From the NCBI GenBank assembly GCA_046598345.1, contig JBKJIT010000004.1:265226-329225 (forward strand): a stretch of DNA of 64,000 nt, given 5' to 3'. A program made the position numbers and the translations under genes. The notes beneath the pieces were generated by a model, which did not search any database, was not told where the DNA came from, and saw only the letters and a program-made list of their open reading frames with translations. The number at the start of each line of letters is the position of its first letter. The first letter of the stretch is position 1. The DNA is from Minisyncoccia bacterium (lineage in GTDB: Bacteria > Patescibacteriota > Minisyncoccia > Phycocordibacterales > UBA918). Below are positions 46,486 to 56,372 of this stretch, one piece after another.

Positions 46486-48339
46486 TTAGCCGGTCCAATT
46501 GAAGATGAGGATGGAAAAGTCAGTCAAACTCACCTTCCCATCCTGATTAATATCTGCTGGAGGATTTGAGTTCCCTCCAGCAGAATTCCACCAGAAGAGA
46601 AGGATAGAGAAGTCGATAAGATTCACTTTTCCGTCACGATTTAAGTCAGAGGTTTGAGGACCTGCAGCTTTCTCCCCTACACCGTAGTACGTAAAATCTG
46701 AGAAGTTGGTCGAAACACCAAGATCCTGCTTGGCTTTTGCGCGCACCTTATATGTGCCCGTTTTAAAACCTGCTGTGCTCAACTCATACGACCAAGCACC
46801 ATTTCCATCTGATGTTGTGGTAAACGTCTTTAAGCCTGCACTTGATTTATCACTTTGATTTTCAATAGTAATAGTTGCATCGGGGATCGCGAATCCTGAG
46901 AAAGTTACTGTGGATTCAGGATCGACTGGATCAGGAGTTACTTTAATTGAAGGCATCACATTAATGTTCGAAAGTGTGGATCCACGAGCTCCAGTAATCG
47001 TAAATGTAGTTGAAAATGTGCTCGATTTCGTTTTATTTTGGTCAATAGCATACACACCGAAGGTGTAGACCCCTCGAGCTATAGCATCAAGTGTTACAGA
47101 GAATTCACCCTCAGAATCAGCAGTCACACGCTCAGCAACTTCCCCATCAACGAGTACGTACACCTCGCTCCGCGGGAAGGCGTACCCGTTAATTATCACG
47201 AGTCCATCGCCACTCTGGTATGGATTAGTACTCCCTTCGAACCCTCCACTGTCTGAACCTGAAGTTCCTGAGGTCCCTCCACCTGAACCGCTTCCACCAC
47301 CACCTCCACCCGATCCGGAAGAGCCTCCGGAGGAACTACCTCCCGTGGAGCCAGAATTATCTCCACTTCCACTTCCTGTACCTCCCCCGGATCCAACATC
47401 CTCACCATCCCCCTCGTCACCTGGCTCTCCAGGTGGATATACCGGGATTGCAAAGGCAATCGTGTAATCATCCAAGTTTGCATTTCCTTCATCGTCAATA
47501 CACCGGATAAAGAAGGTGTATGACGTGCTCGTAGCAACACTTATATTTTTAAGGTGAATCGTAGCAAATGCAGAAGAGAATTCACTGGTCATGGAAAAAT
47601 ATGGAGTCCCTGACGCAGTGCTATAGCGACAGCGAGCAAACTCGTCTGTTTCAAGTGACATCTGCACCGTAAGCGTGGTTCCCGAAAGGGTCCCTGAAGG
47701 AGCACCATTAAATCGTACTGGTGCTGCAGTTTCTCTAGTATCCACGTCGGGAACAGAAACTGCCTCAACAATAGCCACAAGACCCCGCACCCTTGATGTC
47801 GTGGTTCCCACTGTTTCAATATAAAAGTTATTCGTTCCAGTTGCTGAGGGATTTATGATACCGACGTCTGTGCCAGTCGCATTTCTCGTATGTTCACCAA
47901 TAAGCAAGCGTACATATGCTCCCGCTGGGATACCTACTGTTGAGTTAAGCGTCAATTCAATGCTTCCAGAAGCACCTGGGGTGACTGCTATCCCATCTTG
48001 AGTGGCGCTTGGTGTTCCTGTCGCTGATCTTTGAACGTACGTAGAGGTAGTTGAGACATACAACTCGATGTTGTCGATATCAAAATTACTCGCAGGTATG
48101 GTAAATTCTCCCGGCTCAGGTTCAAAGCGAATAGATCCTGAAGGGGGTATGCCCCCCGTCGTTTTAAATTGGATTGTATGGTTCGAAGAAGTGGCGGGGC
48201 GTGAATCAGAAAGTGTATCGCGATACTCATGAATGGTAGCTCCCTCTACAATCCCAATTTGGCTACAGAAAAAAAGTGTAAACGCACTCGCGCACAGATA
48301 TAGCACATTCTTACACAAAAACTGGCCCACAGTATGCAT
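46486..48339 (-). CDS. secreted dockerin-domain protein with Ig-like domains and a long Gly/Ser linker
   Basis: Probable start MHTVGQF… followed by a signal peptide. Linker GGGTGSGSGDNSGSTGGSSSGGSSGSGGGGGGSGSGGG. C-terminal double dockerin (DLNRDGKVNLIDFSILLFWWN…DINQDGKVSLTDFSILIFNWTG), near-identical to 15586-16713. Confidence 0.75.
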   Translation of the reverse strand: MHTVGQFLCKNVLYLCASAFTLFFCSQIGIVEGATIHEYRDTLSDSRPATSSNHTIQFKTTGGIPPSGSIRFEPEPGEFTIPASNFDIDNIELYVSTTSTYVQRSATGTPSATQDGIAVTPGASGSIELTLNSTVGIPAGAYVRLLIGEHTRNATGTDVGIINPSATGTNNFYIETVGTTTSRVRGLVAIVEAVSVPDVDTRETAAPVRFNGAPSGTLSGTTLTVQMSLETDEFARCRYSTASGTPYFSMTSEFSSAFATIHLKNISVATSTSYTFFIRCIDDEGNANLDDYTIAFAIPVYPPGEPGDEGDGEDVGSGGGTGSGSGDNSGSTGGSSSGGSSGSGGGGGGSGSGGGTSGTSGSDSGGFEGSTNPYQSGDGLVIINGYAFPRSEVYVLVDGEVAERVTADSEGEFSVTLDAIARGVYTFGVYAIDQNKTKSSTFSTTFTITGARGSTLSNINVMPSIKVTPDPVDPESTVTFSGFAIPDATITIENQSDKSSAGLKTFTTTSDGNGAWSYELSTAGFKTGTYKVRAKAKQDLGVSTNFSDFTYYGVGEKAAGPQTSDLNRDGKVNLIDFSILLFWWNSAGGNSNPPADINQDGKVSLTDFSILIFNWTG

Positions 48340-48506
48340 GGTTAATTCTATTGTACCGCACTGTGACTCTAGAGATGTACAGGACTGAGTATAATCGTGA
48401 GTGTATCCATCTCTTCGCCGTTTCATCATATAGACACGACATGCATGTGCATATGCACACGCAAAACAAGTAAAGCAATTGAGTAGAGAGTACTATTACT
48501 CATAAT

Positions 48507-49685
48507 ATGAATACATATTTAGTAGGGCTTATTGGTGCAGTCGTTCTTTCTCTTGTTGGTGCATATTTTTATTTTTCGGTAGCAAAATCAGAAGAGCCTT
48601 TGCGCGCAACGTACTTCACATACGCCGAAGAAGAGCTCCAGCCGATTCGTGCACTAAAGTCCAGTCAGATGATTACTACTGACGATGTGTACTTTTGGGA
48701 TCAAATTGCCTTTATCTTAATGTCAAAAAATACCCTCAAGGAAACATTCACAGAGGAGCCATCAAAAGTCTATGCATATCTCGCTGTAGCACAACGCGAT
48801 TTTTATGATCTTTCCATTCGGATGGGAAGGAAGAACACCGGTTCGTTTGAATATCTCTCAAAAGACGTATTGTGCCTCTTTTTTATGGATGATTGTGTAA
48901 GCATAGTGGTACGTGGTGAGAATGATGCTTACGGAGAGGCTGTCTCAGAACTTATCATGACTAAAATACGTGCCCGCATGGAAGAAGAAAAAGCAAAACT
49001 AACCCCTTACCCCATGATGGAGGGAGAGCAATACTGGAATGGTGGAACTGCTCCTTTAATTGGGCCCACGAACGGTCACAGCTTGGGTTGGTTTATTAAA
49101 TCAGGTGCGGAGTTTAGAGCCCCACAACCGATAGCATATGATTCCGAAGCATTTAAAGCAGAACTTCAAGGCACGCTGAAAGCACTAAGTAATGCTAATC
49201 AAGAACAGCGTGAGGCCGTTGTCTACTGGGCAGGAGTTCCTGGTACTAAAACTCCTCCAGGCCAGCTCCTAGAACTCGCGGATTCGTATATGGAAGAACA
49301 TGAGATCCCTCTAGGAAAGATGTTACTCGTCAGGTCTGTTGTCGCGCTCGCTGTCGCAGATGCCGTTACCTCAGTCTTTGATTCTAAATATACATATCTT
49401 GTGAAGCGGCCTTTTATGATGGATCCTACCCTCTTTACCATCATGCCAACACCTAATCACCCGAGTTACCCATCTGGACATTCAACACTTTCAAAAGCAG
49501 CGACAACCGTACTGAAACATTATTTTCCTGAAGACACAGAGTTTTGGGATGCAAAAGCAGTCGAAGCTGGAATGTCACGTGTTTGGGGAGGTATTCACTA
49601 CATGATGGACCATGATTCTGGAGTAGAAATGGGTAAACGTGTTGGGGAAATAGCTATAGAGAAATCTACAGTCAACAACCAGTAA
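48507..49685 (+). CDS. PAP2-superfamily enzyme (acid phosphatase / vanadium-haloperoxidase-like), membrane-anchored or secreted
   Basis: N-terminal TM (LVGLIGAVVLSLVGAYFYF). PAP2 motifs KRPFMMDP (KxxxxxxRP), PSYPSGHS (PSGH), SRVWGGIHYMMDHD (SRxxxxxHxxxD). Confidence 0.8.
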   Translation: MNTYLVGLIGAVVLSLVGAYFYFSVAKSEEPLRATYFTYAEEELQPIRALKSSQMITTDDVYFWDQIAFILMSKNTLKETFTEEPSKVYAYLAVAQRDFYDLSIRMGRKNTGSFEYLSKDVLCLFFMDDCVSIVVRGENDAYGEAVSELIMTKIRARMEEEKAKLTPYPMMEGEQYWNGGTAPLIGPTNGHSLGWFIKSGAEFRAPQPIAYDSEAFKAELQGTLKALSNANQEQREAVVYWAGVPGTKTPPGQLLELADSYMEEHEIPLGKMLLVRSVVALAVADAVTSVFDSKYTYLVKRPFMMDPTLFTIMPTPNHPSYPSGHSTLSKAATTVLKHYFPEDTEFWDAKAVEAGMSRVWGGIHYMMDHDSGVEMGKRVGEIAIEKSTVNNQ

Positions 49686-49697
49686 TTCATTAGGAAT

Positions 49698-50702
49698 ATG
49701 TTTAGCAATTCTAGCATCGGTAAAAAGTTACTATATGCATTTTTTGTACTCACAATCATTTCTATAGGCATAGGCTACGTTAGCTTTCGTAATATGGAGC
49801 ACAATAGCGAGGTTTTCACTGAAATAATTTCTGGAACATCACCACGCGTCCAAGCATTACTTGAAATGAAAAATATTTCAAATGAAATAGCGAACACCGC
49901 TTTCCAGATACAGACGCTACATCATACAAACGAAGACGAGCAACACCCTGAAAATGCTACTCAAAATATGACGGGTGTATCTGACTCAAAATCCGTCATT
50001 CTTGTAAATCTAGAACAACTCTTGCGGTGGATTGAGGTATATCGTAAAGCATCAACTGACACAGATACACGGGTAGCTGCTTTTCTCTTTGAAATAAATC
50101 AAAGCAAATCTGCGATCATAGCATCGACACTCGAATATGTTGACGCCAGGGAACAGCAAGTTGATCCAAAAATACTCATTGCAAAGCAAGAAACACTAAA
50201 CAGACAAATTGCCACATTACAGAATTTGATCGAGATTTCGATTGCAGAAGAAACCGCAAGCCTTCGAGTTCAAAAACAGAATGCTGACCGTGAAATGAAG
50301 GATACATTACTCTTAACAGGACTAATGACTGGAATAAGTGTATGTGTAGCTCTTTTTGCATGGATCCTTCTTAGCCGCCTTATTGTGCGACCGCTTCAGG
50401 CACTACGGGATGCTTCTCGTGCGATTGCAGGTGGAAACATGGAAATCGAAATCCCAATCACCTCGAAGGACGAGATTGCTGACCTGGCAATGGCATTTAA
50501 CAATATGGCACGGCGTCTCCGAGAAACACACAGCGTGTTAATCTCGAACAATGTGGAGTTAGAAAAAGTAAAAAAGGAAATCGAAACGAAATTCATTGAC
50601 ACAGATAGAATGAATAAACAGATGATTAATCGCGAACTTAAAATGGTGGAGCTTAAGAAAGAAATTACTCTTCTTAAAGAAAAAATCGGACCTGTGAGCT
50701 AA
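49698..50702 (+). CDS. HAMP-domain signalling protein without output domain: 2 TM + periplasmic helical sensor + HAMP + C-terminal coiled coil ending in the NKQMINRELKMVELKKEI motif
   Basis: TM1 (LLYAFFVLTIISIGIGYV), TM2 (LLLTGLMTGISVCVALFAWILL), HAMP (RLIVRPLQALRDASRAIAGGNMEIEIPITSKDEIADLAMAFNNMARRLRE). No kinase or MCP domain follows. Confidence 0.75.
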   Translation: MFSNSSIGKKLLYAFFVLTIISIGIGYVSFRNMEHNSEVFTEIISGTSPRVQALLEMKNISNEIANTAFQIQTLHHTNEDEQHPENATQNMTGVSDSKSVILVNLEQLLRWIEVYRKASTDTDTRVAAFLFEINQSKSAIIASTLEYVDAREQQVDPKILIAKQETLNRQIATLQNLIEISIAEETASLRVQKQNADREMKDTLLLTGLMTGISVCVALFAWILLSRLIVRPLQALRDASRAIAGGNMEIEIPITSKDEIADLAMAFNNMARRLRETHSVLISNNVELEKVKKEIETKFIDTDRMNKQMINRELKMVELKKEITLLKEKIGPVS

Positions 50703-50788
50703 AACAATATAGCGTAGCCAAAGCCAAACTTTCGAACAAAAAACAACACTCCTAAACGGAGTGTTGTTTTTTGTTCGAAAGGACAGAG

Positions 50789-51247
50789 CTACCGAATCAC
50801 GGAGATATCTACGCCACCATATGCTGCTGGTGCACATACACCAATTCGGCCATTTGCATTCTTAAAAATGGCGTACCCGGTTATTTGATCATCCGCAACA
50901 GTAGGGTCACTTGGGATGTCGGTGAGATATTTATCATCTGTAAGCAGCTCATCGAGATTCACTCCATCACATGAAATTCCTGATTGACAGATGTCATCGC
51001 CATTACCTGCACACGTAGTACCCGTTGGAATAAGTTCAGAAGGTAACGACCCATAATTATCGATGGAGTACTGCTGGACCGCATCAAGAATTGCACGGAC
51101 ATCGCTTCTACGTTGAGCGTTTTGCGATTCGCCAAATTGCTTCGCAGGATTTAAAGCGACAATAACTACTGCCGCAAGGATGGCAAGGATGGCAATCACC
51201 AAAAGAACTTCGATCAGTGTAAATCCACGTGCTGTATCTTTTTTCAC
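50789..51247 (-). CDS. pilA: type IV pilin (major pilin candidate 1), prepilin-type N-terminal cleavage/methylation domain
   Basis: MKKDTARG|FTLIEVLLVIAILAILAAVVIVALNP… is a class III signal with Glu+5. Four Cys in the C-terminal half. Confidence 0.85.
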   Translation of the reverse strand: MKKDTARGFTLIEVLLVIAILAILAAVVIVALNPAKQFGESQNAQRRSDVRAILDAVQQYSIDNYGSLPSELIPTGTTCAGNGDDICQSGISCDGVNLDELLTDDKYLTDIPSDPTVADDQITGYAIFKNANGRIGVCAPAAYGGVDISVIR

Positions 51248-51377
51248 GATTTTATTTTATATGCGTATAAATACATGAGATATGTCGCTACTCAAAATGA
51301 TTTTGTATTGATTCAAGTATATAAACACTTGGCTCAATCAACAAAGGACAACTCAGGGTTACCCAATACCCCCAATG

Positions 51378-51839
51378 CTACCGGGTGACGACCATGTCAT
51401 CTGCAAGCTCAACACTGGGTGCAGAAACCCGCACCCTCCCATTTTCAGTTTTGGCAACGAAATACCCTGTTCCATCTTCAGAACAATATGCACTATCCCT
51501 CGGGCAGAGGGGATCTTCTGGCATTGAAACGAGGTATCTTTCTTCAGTTGTCAGCATGGATAGGTCGTAGAGACCAACACATGAAACGCTTTGAGTTTTG
51601 CAGATTTCCTTGTTTTCAGTGGTAATTTCTGAGGGAAAGGACCCGTCATTATTTGCAGCATATTGATGTAGGGCACCAAGAATTGCGTAGACATCACTCA
51701 AACGCTGTGCGTCCCTGGCAGTCCCTAGTTGTCTAGAGGGATTAATAGCAATGATTACCACCGATGCCAAAATCGCAAGTATTGCAATAACAAGCAATAC
51801 TTCTATAAGTGTGAAGCCATTTCGGAAAATCTTTTGCAT
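51378..51839 (-). CDS. pilA: type IV pilin (major pilin candidate 2), tandem paralog
   Basis: MQKIFRNG|FTLIEVLLVIAILAILASVVIIAINPSRQLGTARDAQRLSDV…. About 45% identical to 50789-51247 in the N-terminal 70 aa. Confidence 0.85.
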   Translation of the reverse strand: MQKIFRNGFTLIEVLLVIAILAILASVVIIAINPSRQLGTARDAQRLSDVYAILGALHQYAANNDGSFPSEITTENKEICKTQSVSCVGLYDLSMLTTEERYLVSMPEDPLCPRDSAYCSEDGTGYFVAKTENGRVRVSAPSVELADDMVVTR

Positions 51840-51873
51840 ATTGCTTATACTATATCAGTGCGACACCGTGTAT

Positions 51874-53178
51874 TTAATTGATATAGGTTCTTACTACCCA
51901 GACTAGAAATACAAATGCCGCAATGAAAATGCATACTGTGCCAATTAAACGAAAGTTAATAGTACCTGTACGCTTTCGTTTCAAATATGCCTTAGGTGAA
52001 GCAAGCAGAGTACTCATTTGAGACAGTAGGCCCGAAAGTACATACTGCAAATCCTCAAGGGAACGTATGTCACTTATTTTTAGAAATTTTTCTGAATCGC
52101 TTTCCTCGTATTGGTATTGACGAAGTAGATTAATGCGATCTGCATCGTGACTTACTCCATGCAAGGCTAGACCGACTACTGTTGAAAAATGGACCCCAGG
52201 CATATCTCGTTGAAGCACGTCAGCATTTTTGATTCTAGAGAGTGGATCAGCCATCTCTGTCGGAATTCCAGTCTGCTCTTGTATCCACACATCTAACTTT
52301 TTGAGTGATGCTGATCCCCCAGTCAAAATAATGTGTGCAATCTTGGCTCCCGTTTTTTCTTCAAAATAGGTCTTCGCTTCAGCTATTTTATCAGTAATTT
52401 CTTTGATGCATTCTAAAAGAACACCCCTAACTCCGGTGTTCTCGTATTCCGGGTCGAGGCCCTGCTCGCACTTCAGCACTTCTGCTTCTTCCTCTTTCAT
52501 GGCGAGTTTTTCTGCTATCCTCTTAGTAAAATATTCACCTCCCTTAGGAATAGTCACTGAAACGTTTGCAACTGCATCCTCACCAAAGATTCCGATTGTT
52601 GTTGTGTGTGCACCCATGTCAACAATTATGTAGTCCTCGTCACCTAGAGAAGTAGGTAGTAATGCACGGCCCAAGGAAAAAAGTTCACCGCCAACGAACG
52701 CAGGTTTCACATTGGCATGGACAAGGGCTGCAACATACCTATTTAAATCGGACTTTGACACACCGACGAACGTTGCATTCCGCTTTCCATTTTTTTCGGC
52801 TATATGGTAATCCCAATAGAGGTCACGAAGTTCAAAGGGAATGATTTTTTCGGCATCAGCACGTACAAATTCGGCAACTTCTCCTTCTTTCGTATCCTGA
52901 GGAATAGTAAGGTAATGCGTGAAGAGTTTGGATTCAGGGAGACACACAATTGCCCGCAAGGTTGCATTTTCTGACGAAAGCACAAGCGGGCTCGTATTTG
53001 TAAGTATTGTACGTAGGGTTTCTGAAAAAACTTCTGTATTAACAATATTTCCTCCTTCTACAGTTCCTTTTGGAAGCTCTGCACTTCCATAGGCGACAAT
53101 AGTGTTCTCCGCATCAAGCTGTAAAACCTTTATTGAAACGTCGCTTATGTCTATGCCAATTACACTTGAATGTTTCAT
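51874..53178 (-). CDS. pilM: type IV pilus assembly protein PilM (actin-like ATPase fold) with C-terminal PilN-like TM segment (PilM-N fusion)
   Basis: 'VIGIDISDVSIKVLQL…' and 'IILTGGSASL' are FtsA/PilM-like phosphate-binding motifs. C-terminal TM (LIGTVCIFIAAFVFLVWVV). Confidence 0.75.
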   Translation of the reverse strand: MKHSSVIGIDISDVSIKVLQLDAENTIVAYGSAELPKGTVEGGNIVNTEVFSETLRTILTNTSPLVLSSENATLRAIVCLPESKLFTHYLTIPQDTKEGEVAEFVRADAEKIIPFELRDLYWDYHIAEKNGKRNATFVGVSKSDLNRYVAALVHANVKPAFVGGELFSLGRALLPTSLGDEDYIIVDMGAHTTTIGIFGEDAVANVSVTIPKGGEYFTKRIAEKLAMKEEEAEVLKCEQGLDPEYENTGVRGVLLECIKEITDKIAEAKTYFEEKTGAKIAHIILTGGSASLKKLDVWIQEQTGIPTEMADPLSRIKNADVLQRDMPGVHFSTVVGLALHGVSHDADRINLLRQYQYEESDSEKFLKISDIRSLEDLQYVLSGLLSQMSTLLASPKAYLKRKRTGTINFRLIGTVCIFIAAFVFLVWVVRTYIN

Positions 53179-53179
53179 A

Positions 53180-53575
53180 CTAAAAACTTGCTACTCGTTC
53201 ATATGACGTTATGGATAAATGAGGACTAACGACTGCAACGTCTACAACTACACGATACACAACCGAACCCACCTGACTTTCCGCATGAATCGTTCGGTTA
53301 GTATTACCATCCCCTCCAATACTTTCGATCTCACAGGGTGTATCCCCCACCAGTATACTCTCTTCCCCATCATAATTGAGGGTTCGTTGTAGTTCTACAA
53401 GTGCGTGCTCTACACACGCCATTACGATAAAGCGAGCCACTTCGCGTTCGTGCATGCCTATACTCGTATCCGAGCCCGAAATAGCGCGGGAAGCAATACT
53501 GATACTTATAGACAAGAAAATGGCTGAAAGTACTAAGACCGAAGCAAGTGCAATGAAACCTTGAGTATATTTCAT
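53180..53575 (-). CDS. minor pilin-like protein (divergent N-terminal hydrophobic helix)
   Basis: 131-aa ORF. N-terminus MKYTQGFIALASVLVLSAIFLSI. Sits within the pseudopilin block with a 4-nt overlap. No canonical Glu+5. Confidence 0.5.
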   Translation of the reverse strand: MKYTQGFIALASVLVLSAIFLSISISIASRAISGSDTSIGMHEREVARFIVMACVEHALVELQRTLNYDGEESILVGDTPCEIESIGGDGNTNRTIHAESQVGSVVYRVVVDVAVVSPHLSITSYERVASF

Positions 53576-54093
53576 GGTGATTGTTGAATACCAACTGTTG
53601 TGTAGTACGTACCGCTCGCGTGATATGCCTGTATCTCTTCTGGATTGTACGTCTCAATCTGAAGTTCAATTCTGAGTGTGCCCGCACCATGTTCACCCGT
53701 AACATTACTCACACTGAATACAGGGACACGTACCCCTGCCCCAGAAATGGGCTGTGGTTCTCCCTCGCCTTCTGTCATGCGCATAATTCCATCAAGAACT
53801 TCAAACACTGTTGGATCATTGGAAGCATCTTCCATGTGAAGCGTAAGGGAAGAAGATGTTGTTCCCATTTCGGGAGTATGAATGGAAACTGCACGATCTA
53901 CTGCTCTCTGCACCTTCTCCATAACAAATGCAGCAGTATAGTGCATCTCTTCTTCAGCATGTGCCTTGGCCTTGCTTTCCAACACGGTGATCCCGATGCT
54001 TGCAAGAACTGCAAGCATCGTGACTGAGATACCCATATAGAGCAAAAGCTCGAGCAATGTGAATCCTTTAGCTTTTCTGCGAAGAGTCCCCAT
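53572..54093 (-). CDS. prepilin-type pseudopilin / minor pilin
   Basis: MGTLRRKAKG|FTLLELLLYMGISVTMLAVLASI. Confidence 0.8.
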   Translation of the reverse strand: MGTLRRKAKGFTLLELLLYMGISVTMLAVLASIGITVLESKAKAHAEEEMHYTAAFVMEKVQRAVDRAVSIHTPEMGTTSSSLTLHMEDASNDPTVFEVLDGIMRMTEGEGEPQPISGAGVRVPVFSVSNVTGEHGAGTLRIELQIETYNPEEIQAYHASGTYYTTVGIQQSP

Positions 54094-54094
54094 A

Positions 54095-54892
54095 TTACAG
54101 TGAAATTAAGACATTATTCTTGGTCCCATCAACGAGGATGAAGGTGAGAATAAAATCAGTCCCCGCAACACTCGCATCAAATTGAAGGGAATCTATCGAA
54201 TAGACCGTGTTTGGGTTGAGTACGTAATCTGCGAGATCAATGAAAGTTTCTGACGGGACAGAAGGCGTGCCACCACCGAAGATTTCAGTGCCCTGTAACA
54301 TAATACGTGTAAGGAGTGCTCCGGTATCCCACTGCACAATTATTCCCGTAAGTGTAATTGGGCTCTCTCCTGTGTTACTAAGTGCAAGACCAGTGAGACT
54401 AGTACTCGAAGCGGAGAGTGTGGGGGTATCCATATCGACCTCGAGAAACCCTGCTTCCCCATCCGTTTGTCTCCAGTTTGTAAGTCTCGTCGTTACTACG
54501 ATATCTTTTTCAGCATCACCAATCGTATTCCATGCGACCTCTGCTGTGACTTCCTTTGTATGATCATCAATATCGGTGATCATAATCGTACGGGTAAATT
54601 TACCAACTACGTCGGGAGAAGGCGAGAGTGCCCAGTGTATGTCGTCAAATACAAGGCCGTGGACTCCTGCTTCAAGATTTGTAAAACTATCGTCGCGGAT
54701 CGAACGTAGCGCTTCAATACCTTCACTGGCTAAGAATCGCGCCTGCGTCGATTCATTTTTGTAACGCAACGATGCAAATGAATCCAAGATAAGATATCCG
54801 ATCGTTACAACGCCAATAGTGAAAACAGCAATTGCAAATACTATTTCAATGAGTGACTGACCTTTCTTGTAATGGAATGGATACATACGCAT
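54095..54892 (-). CDS. prepilin-type pseudopilin / minor pilin (large)
   Basis: MRMYPFHYKKG|QSLIEIVFAIAVFTIGVVTIGYLI. Confidence 0.7.
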   Translation of the reverse strand: MRMYPFHYKKGQSLIEIVFAIAVFTIGVVTIGYLILDSFASLRYKNESTQARFLASEGIEALRSIRDDSFTNLEAGVHGLVFDDIHWALSPSPDVVGKFTRTIMITDIDDHTKEVTAEVAWNTIGDAEKDIVVTTRLTNWRQTDGEAGFLEVDMDTPTLSASSTSLTGLALSNTGESPITLTGIIVQWDTGALLTRIMLQGTEIFGGGTPSVPSETFIDLADYVLNPNTVYSIDSLQFDASVAGTDFILTFILVDGTKNNVLISL

Positions 54893-55344
54893 TATTCAAT
54901 AAGTCCCGATGGAAACACCAAAATGGAACTTGTCTTATTTTCTAGTGTGAGAATGAGTGCCCCGTCTGTGCCTGGCAGCCCTTCATGCTGAGAAAAAACT
55001 ACTTCTTCAAAACCTGAAATGAGTAGGTTAGAAGGAATAGAAAATGATTCATCCTCAGAAATTAGACGCGACGCATACGACTCACCCTCAAAGAGGATAT
55101 ATGCATCTTCTTCTATACGAACTCCAAAAGCACTTCCATGTTTACCTGCGATTGAAAAGCTCTGCGCTCGTCGTAAAGCGTTCGTCAGCCCCTCATCTGC
55201 TCCATTCAAAATCTCTGACCGGTAAAAGGAAAGTTCAACAGGAAACATGAATACACCAACCATGAGCATGAGCGACATGACAAGAAGAAGCTCAATGAGC
55301 GTAAAACCCCGTCTACTATTTGGTAATACTCCCCGTAAGTTCAT
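54892..55344 (-). CDS. prepilin-type pseudopilin / minor pilin
   Basis: Probable start MNLRGVLPNSRRG|FTLIELLLVMSLMLMVGVFMF. The ORF is open to 55365. Confidence 0.75.
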   Translation of the reverse strand: MNLRGVLPNSRRGFTLIELLLVMSLMLMVGVFMFPVELSFYRSEILNGADEGLTNALRRAQSFSIAGKHGSAFGVRIEEDAYILFEGESYASRLISEDESFSIPSNLLISGFEEVVFSQHEGLPGTDGALILTLENKTSSILVFPSGLIE

Positions 55345-56371
55345 ATATAGGCATAATAATTGCAAGTGCTATGAAACCAACCATGATCGCGATAAATACC
55401 AAGAGGAGCGGCTCTATGATCGTGGGTAATTTTTTTGTCTGTACATTAACTTCTTTTGTATAGAACTCAGAAAGATATTCAAAAGAATTAACGAGCGATC
55501 CACTTTTTTCACCGACCGTAATAATACTTATCGCAATTTTAGGAAACAACTTAGGAAAAGCATTCATTGATTGTGAAAGCGTTATACCTTTTTCAGTCCC
55601 TTGCTTCACTTTTAGTAAGGCATCCTGGTACGGAATATTTGTTGCAGCCTGTGAAGCTATGTCAACAGACTCGTTCAGCGTAAGACCGCTTTTTAAAAGT
55701 GTCCCAAACAGTTGGGTAATGAGTGCGAGCTGGTAATTTCGGAGGAGTGATCCGAGGAATGGCATATGAATATAGAATATATGGAATGCCCTCCGTACAC
55801 GTGGTATTCGGTTGCTGTACACCAAACACACACTGAAAAAAATAGTGGCGAGCACCGTGAGCAGCCAATACTGTTTTATATATAACGAAATCGCGAGCAA
55901 AATTCTCGTAATGAGAGGCAGCTCAACATGGAGTCCGGTAAAAAGTGGAACAAGAAGTGGAAGAATAAACACTGCGAGACCCCCTCCGAGGAGGGCTGCG
56001 GCGCCAAAAACCATTTTTGGGTAGAGCATTGCTGCATTTACTTCTCGTTTTAAATCAGCGCTCCGAGAAAGCCAATCAGCAAGGAATTGCAGGTTGCCTT
56101 GTAGTGTCCCACTTTGTTCGCCCGCTTTAATGAGGCTTACAAAAATTTTACCAAATATCTGTACTTCCCTTTCAAATGCGACGGAGAGCGGCGTGCCATT
56201 TTCAATATCCGTTCGTACTTGGTACACAATTTTTTTAAAATGAATTGACTCGCTCTGGTCCGCCAAGGAGGTAAGGGCTTCATTTATCGGAATGCCACTC
56301 CTAAGCATTATCGAAAGATTTTTTGCGAAATCAACCCGATCTTGTATTGAAATACGTGAAAAAAAATACAT
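55316..56371 (-). CDS. pilC: type IV pilus inner-membrane platform protein PilC (GspF family, two T2SSF domains)
   Basis: 351-aa ORF, three TMs. Two repeats of the T2SSF pattern (…AKNLSIMLRSGIPINEAL…; …LFGTLLKSGLTLNESVDIA…). Confidence 0.85.
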   Translation of the reverse strand: MYFFSRISIQDRVDFAKNLSIMLRSGIPINEALTSLADQSESIHFKKIVYQVRTDIENGTPLSVAFEREVQIFGKIFVSLIKAGEQSGTLQGNLQFLADWLSRSADLKREVNAAMLYPKMVFGAAALLGGGLAVFILPLLVPLFTGLHVELPLITRILLAISLYIKQYWLLTVLATIFFSVCLVYSNRIPRVRRAFHIFYIHMPFLGSLLRNYQLALITQLFGTLLKSGLTLNESVDIASQAATNIPYQDALLKVKQGTEKGITLSQSMNAFPKLFPKIAISIITVGEKSGSLVNSFEYLSEFYTKEVNVQTKKLPTIIEPLLLVFIAIMVGFIALAIIMPIYELTGSITK

Positions 56372-56372
56372 A

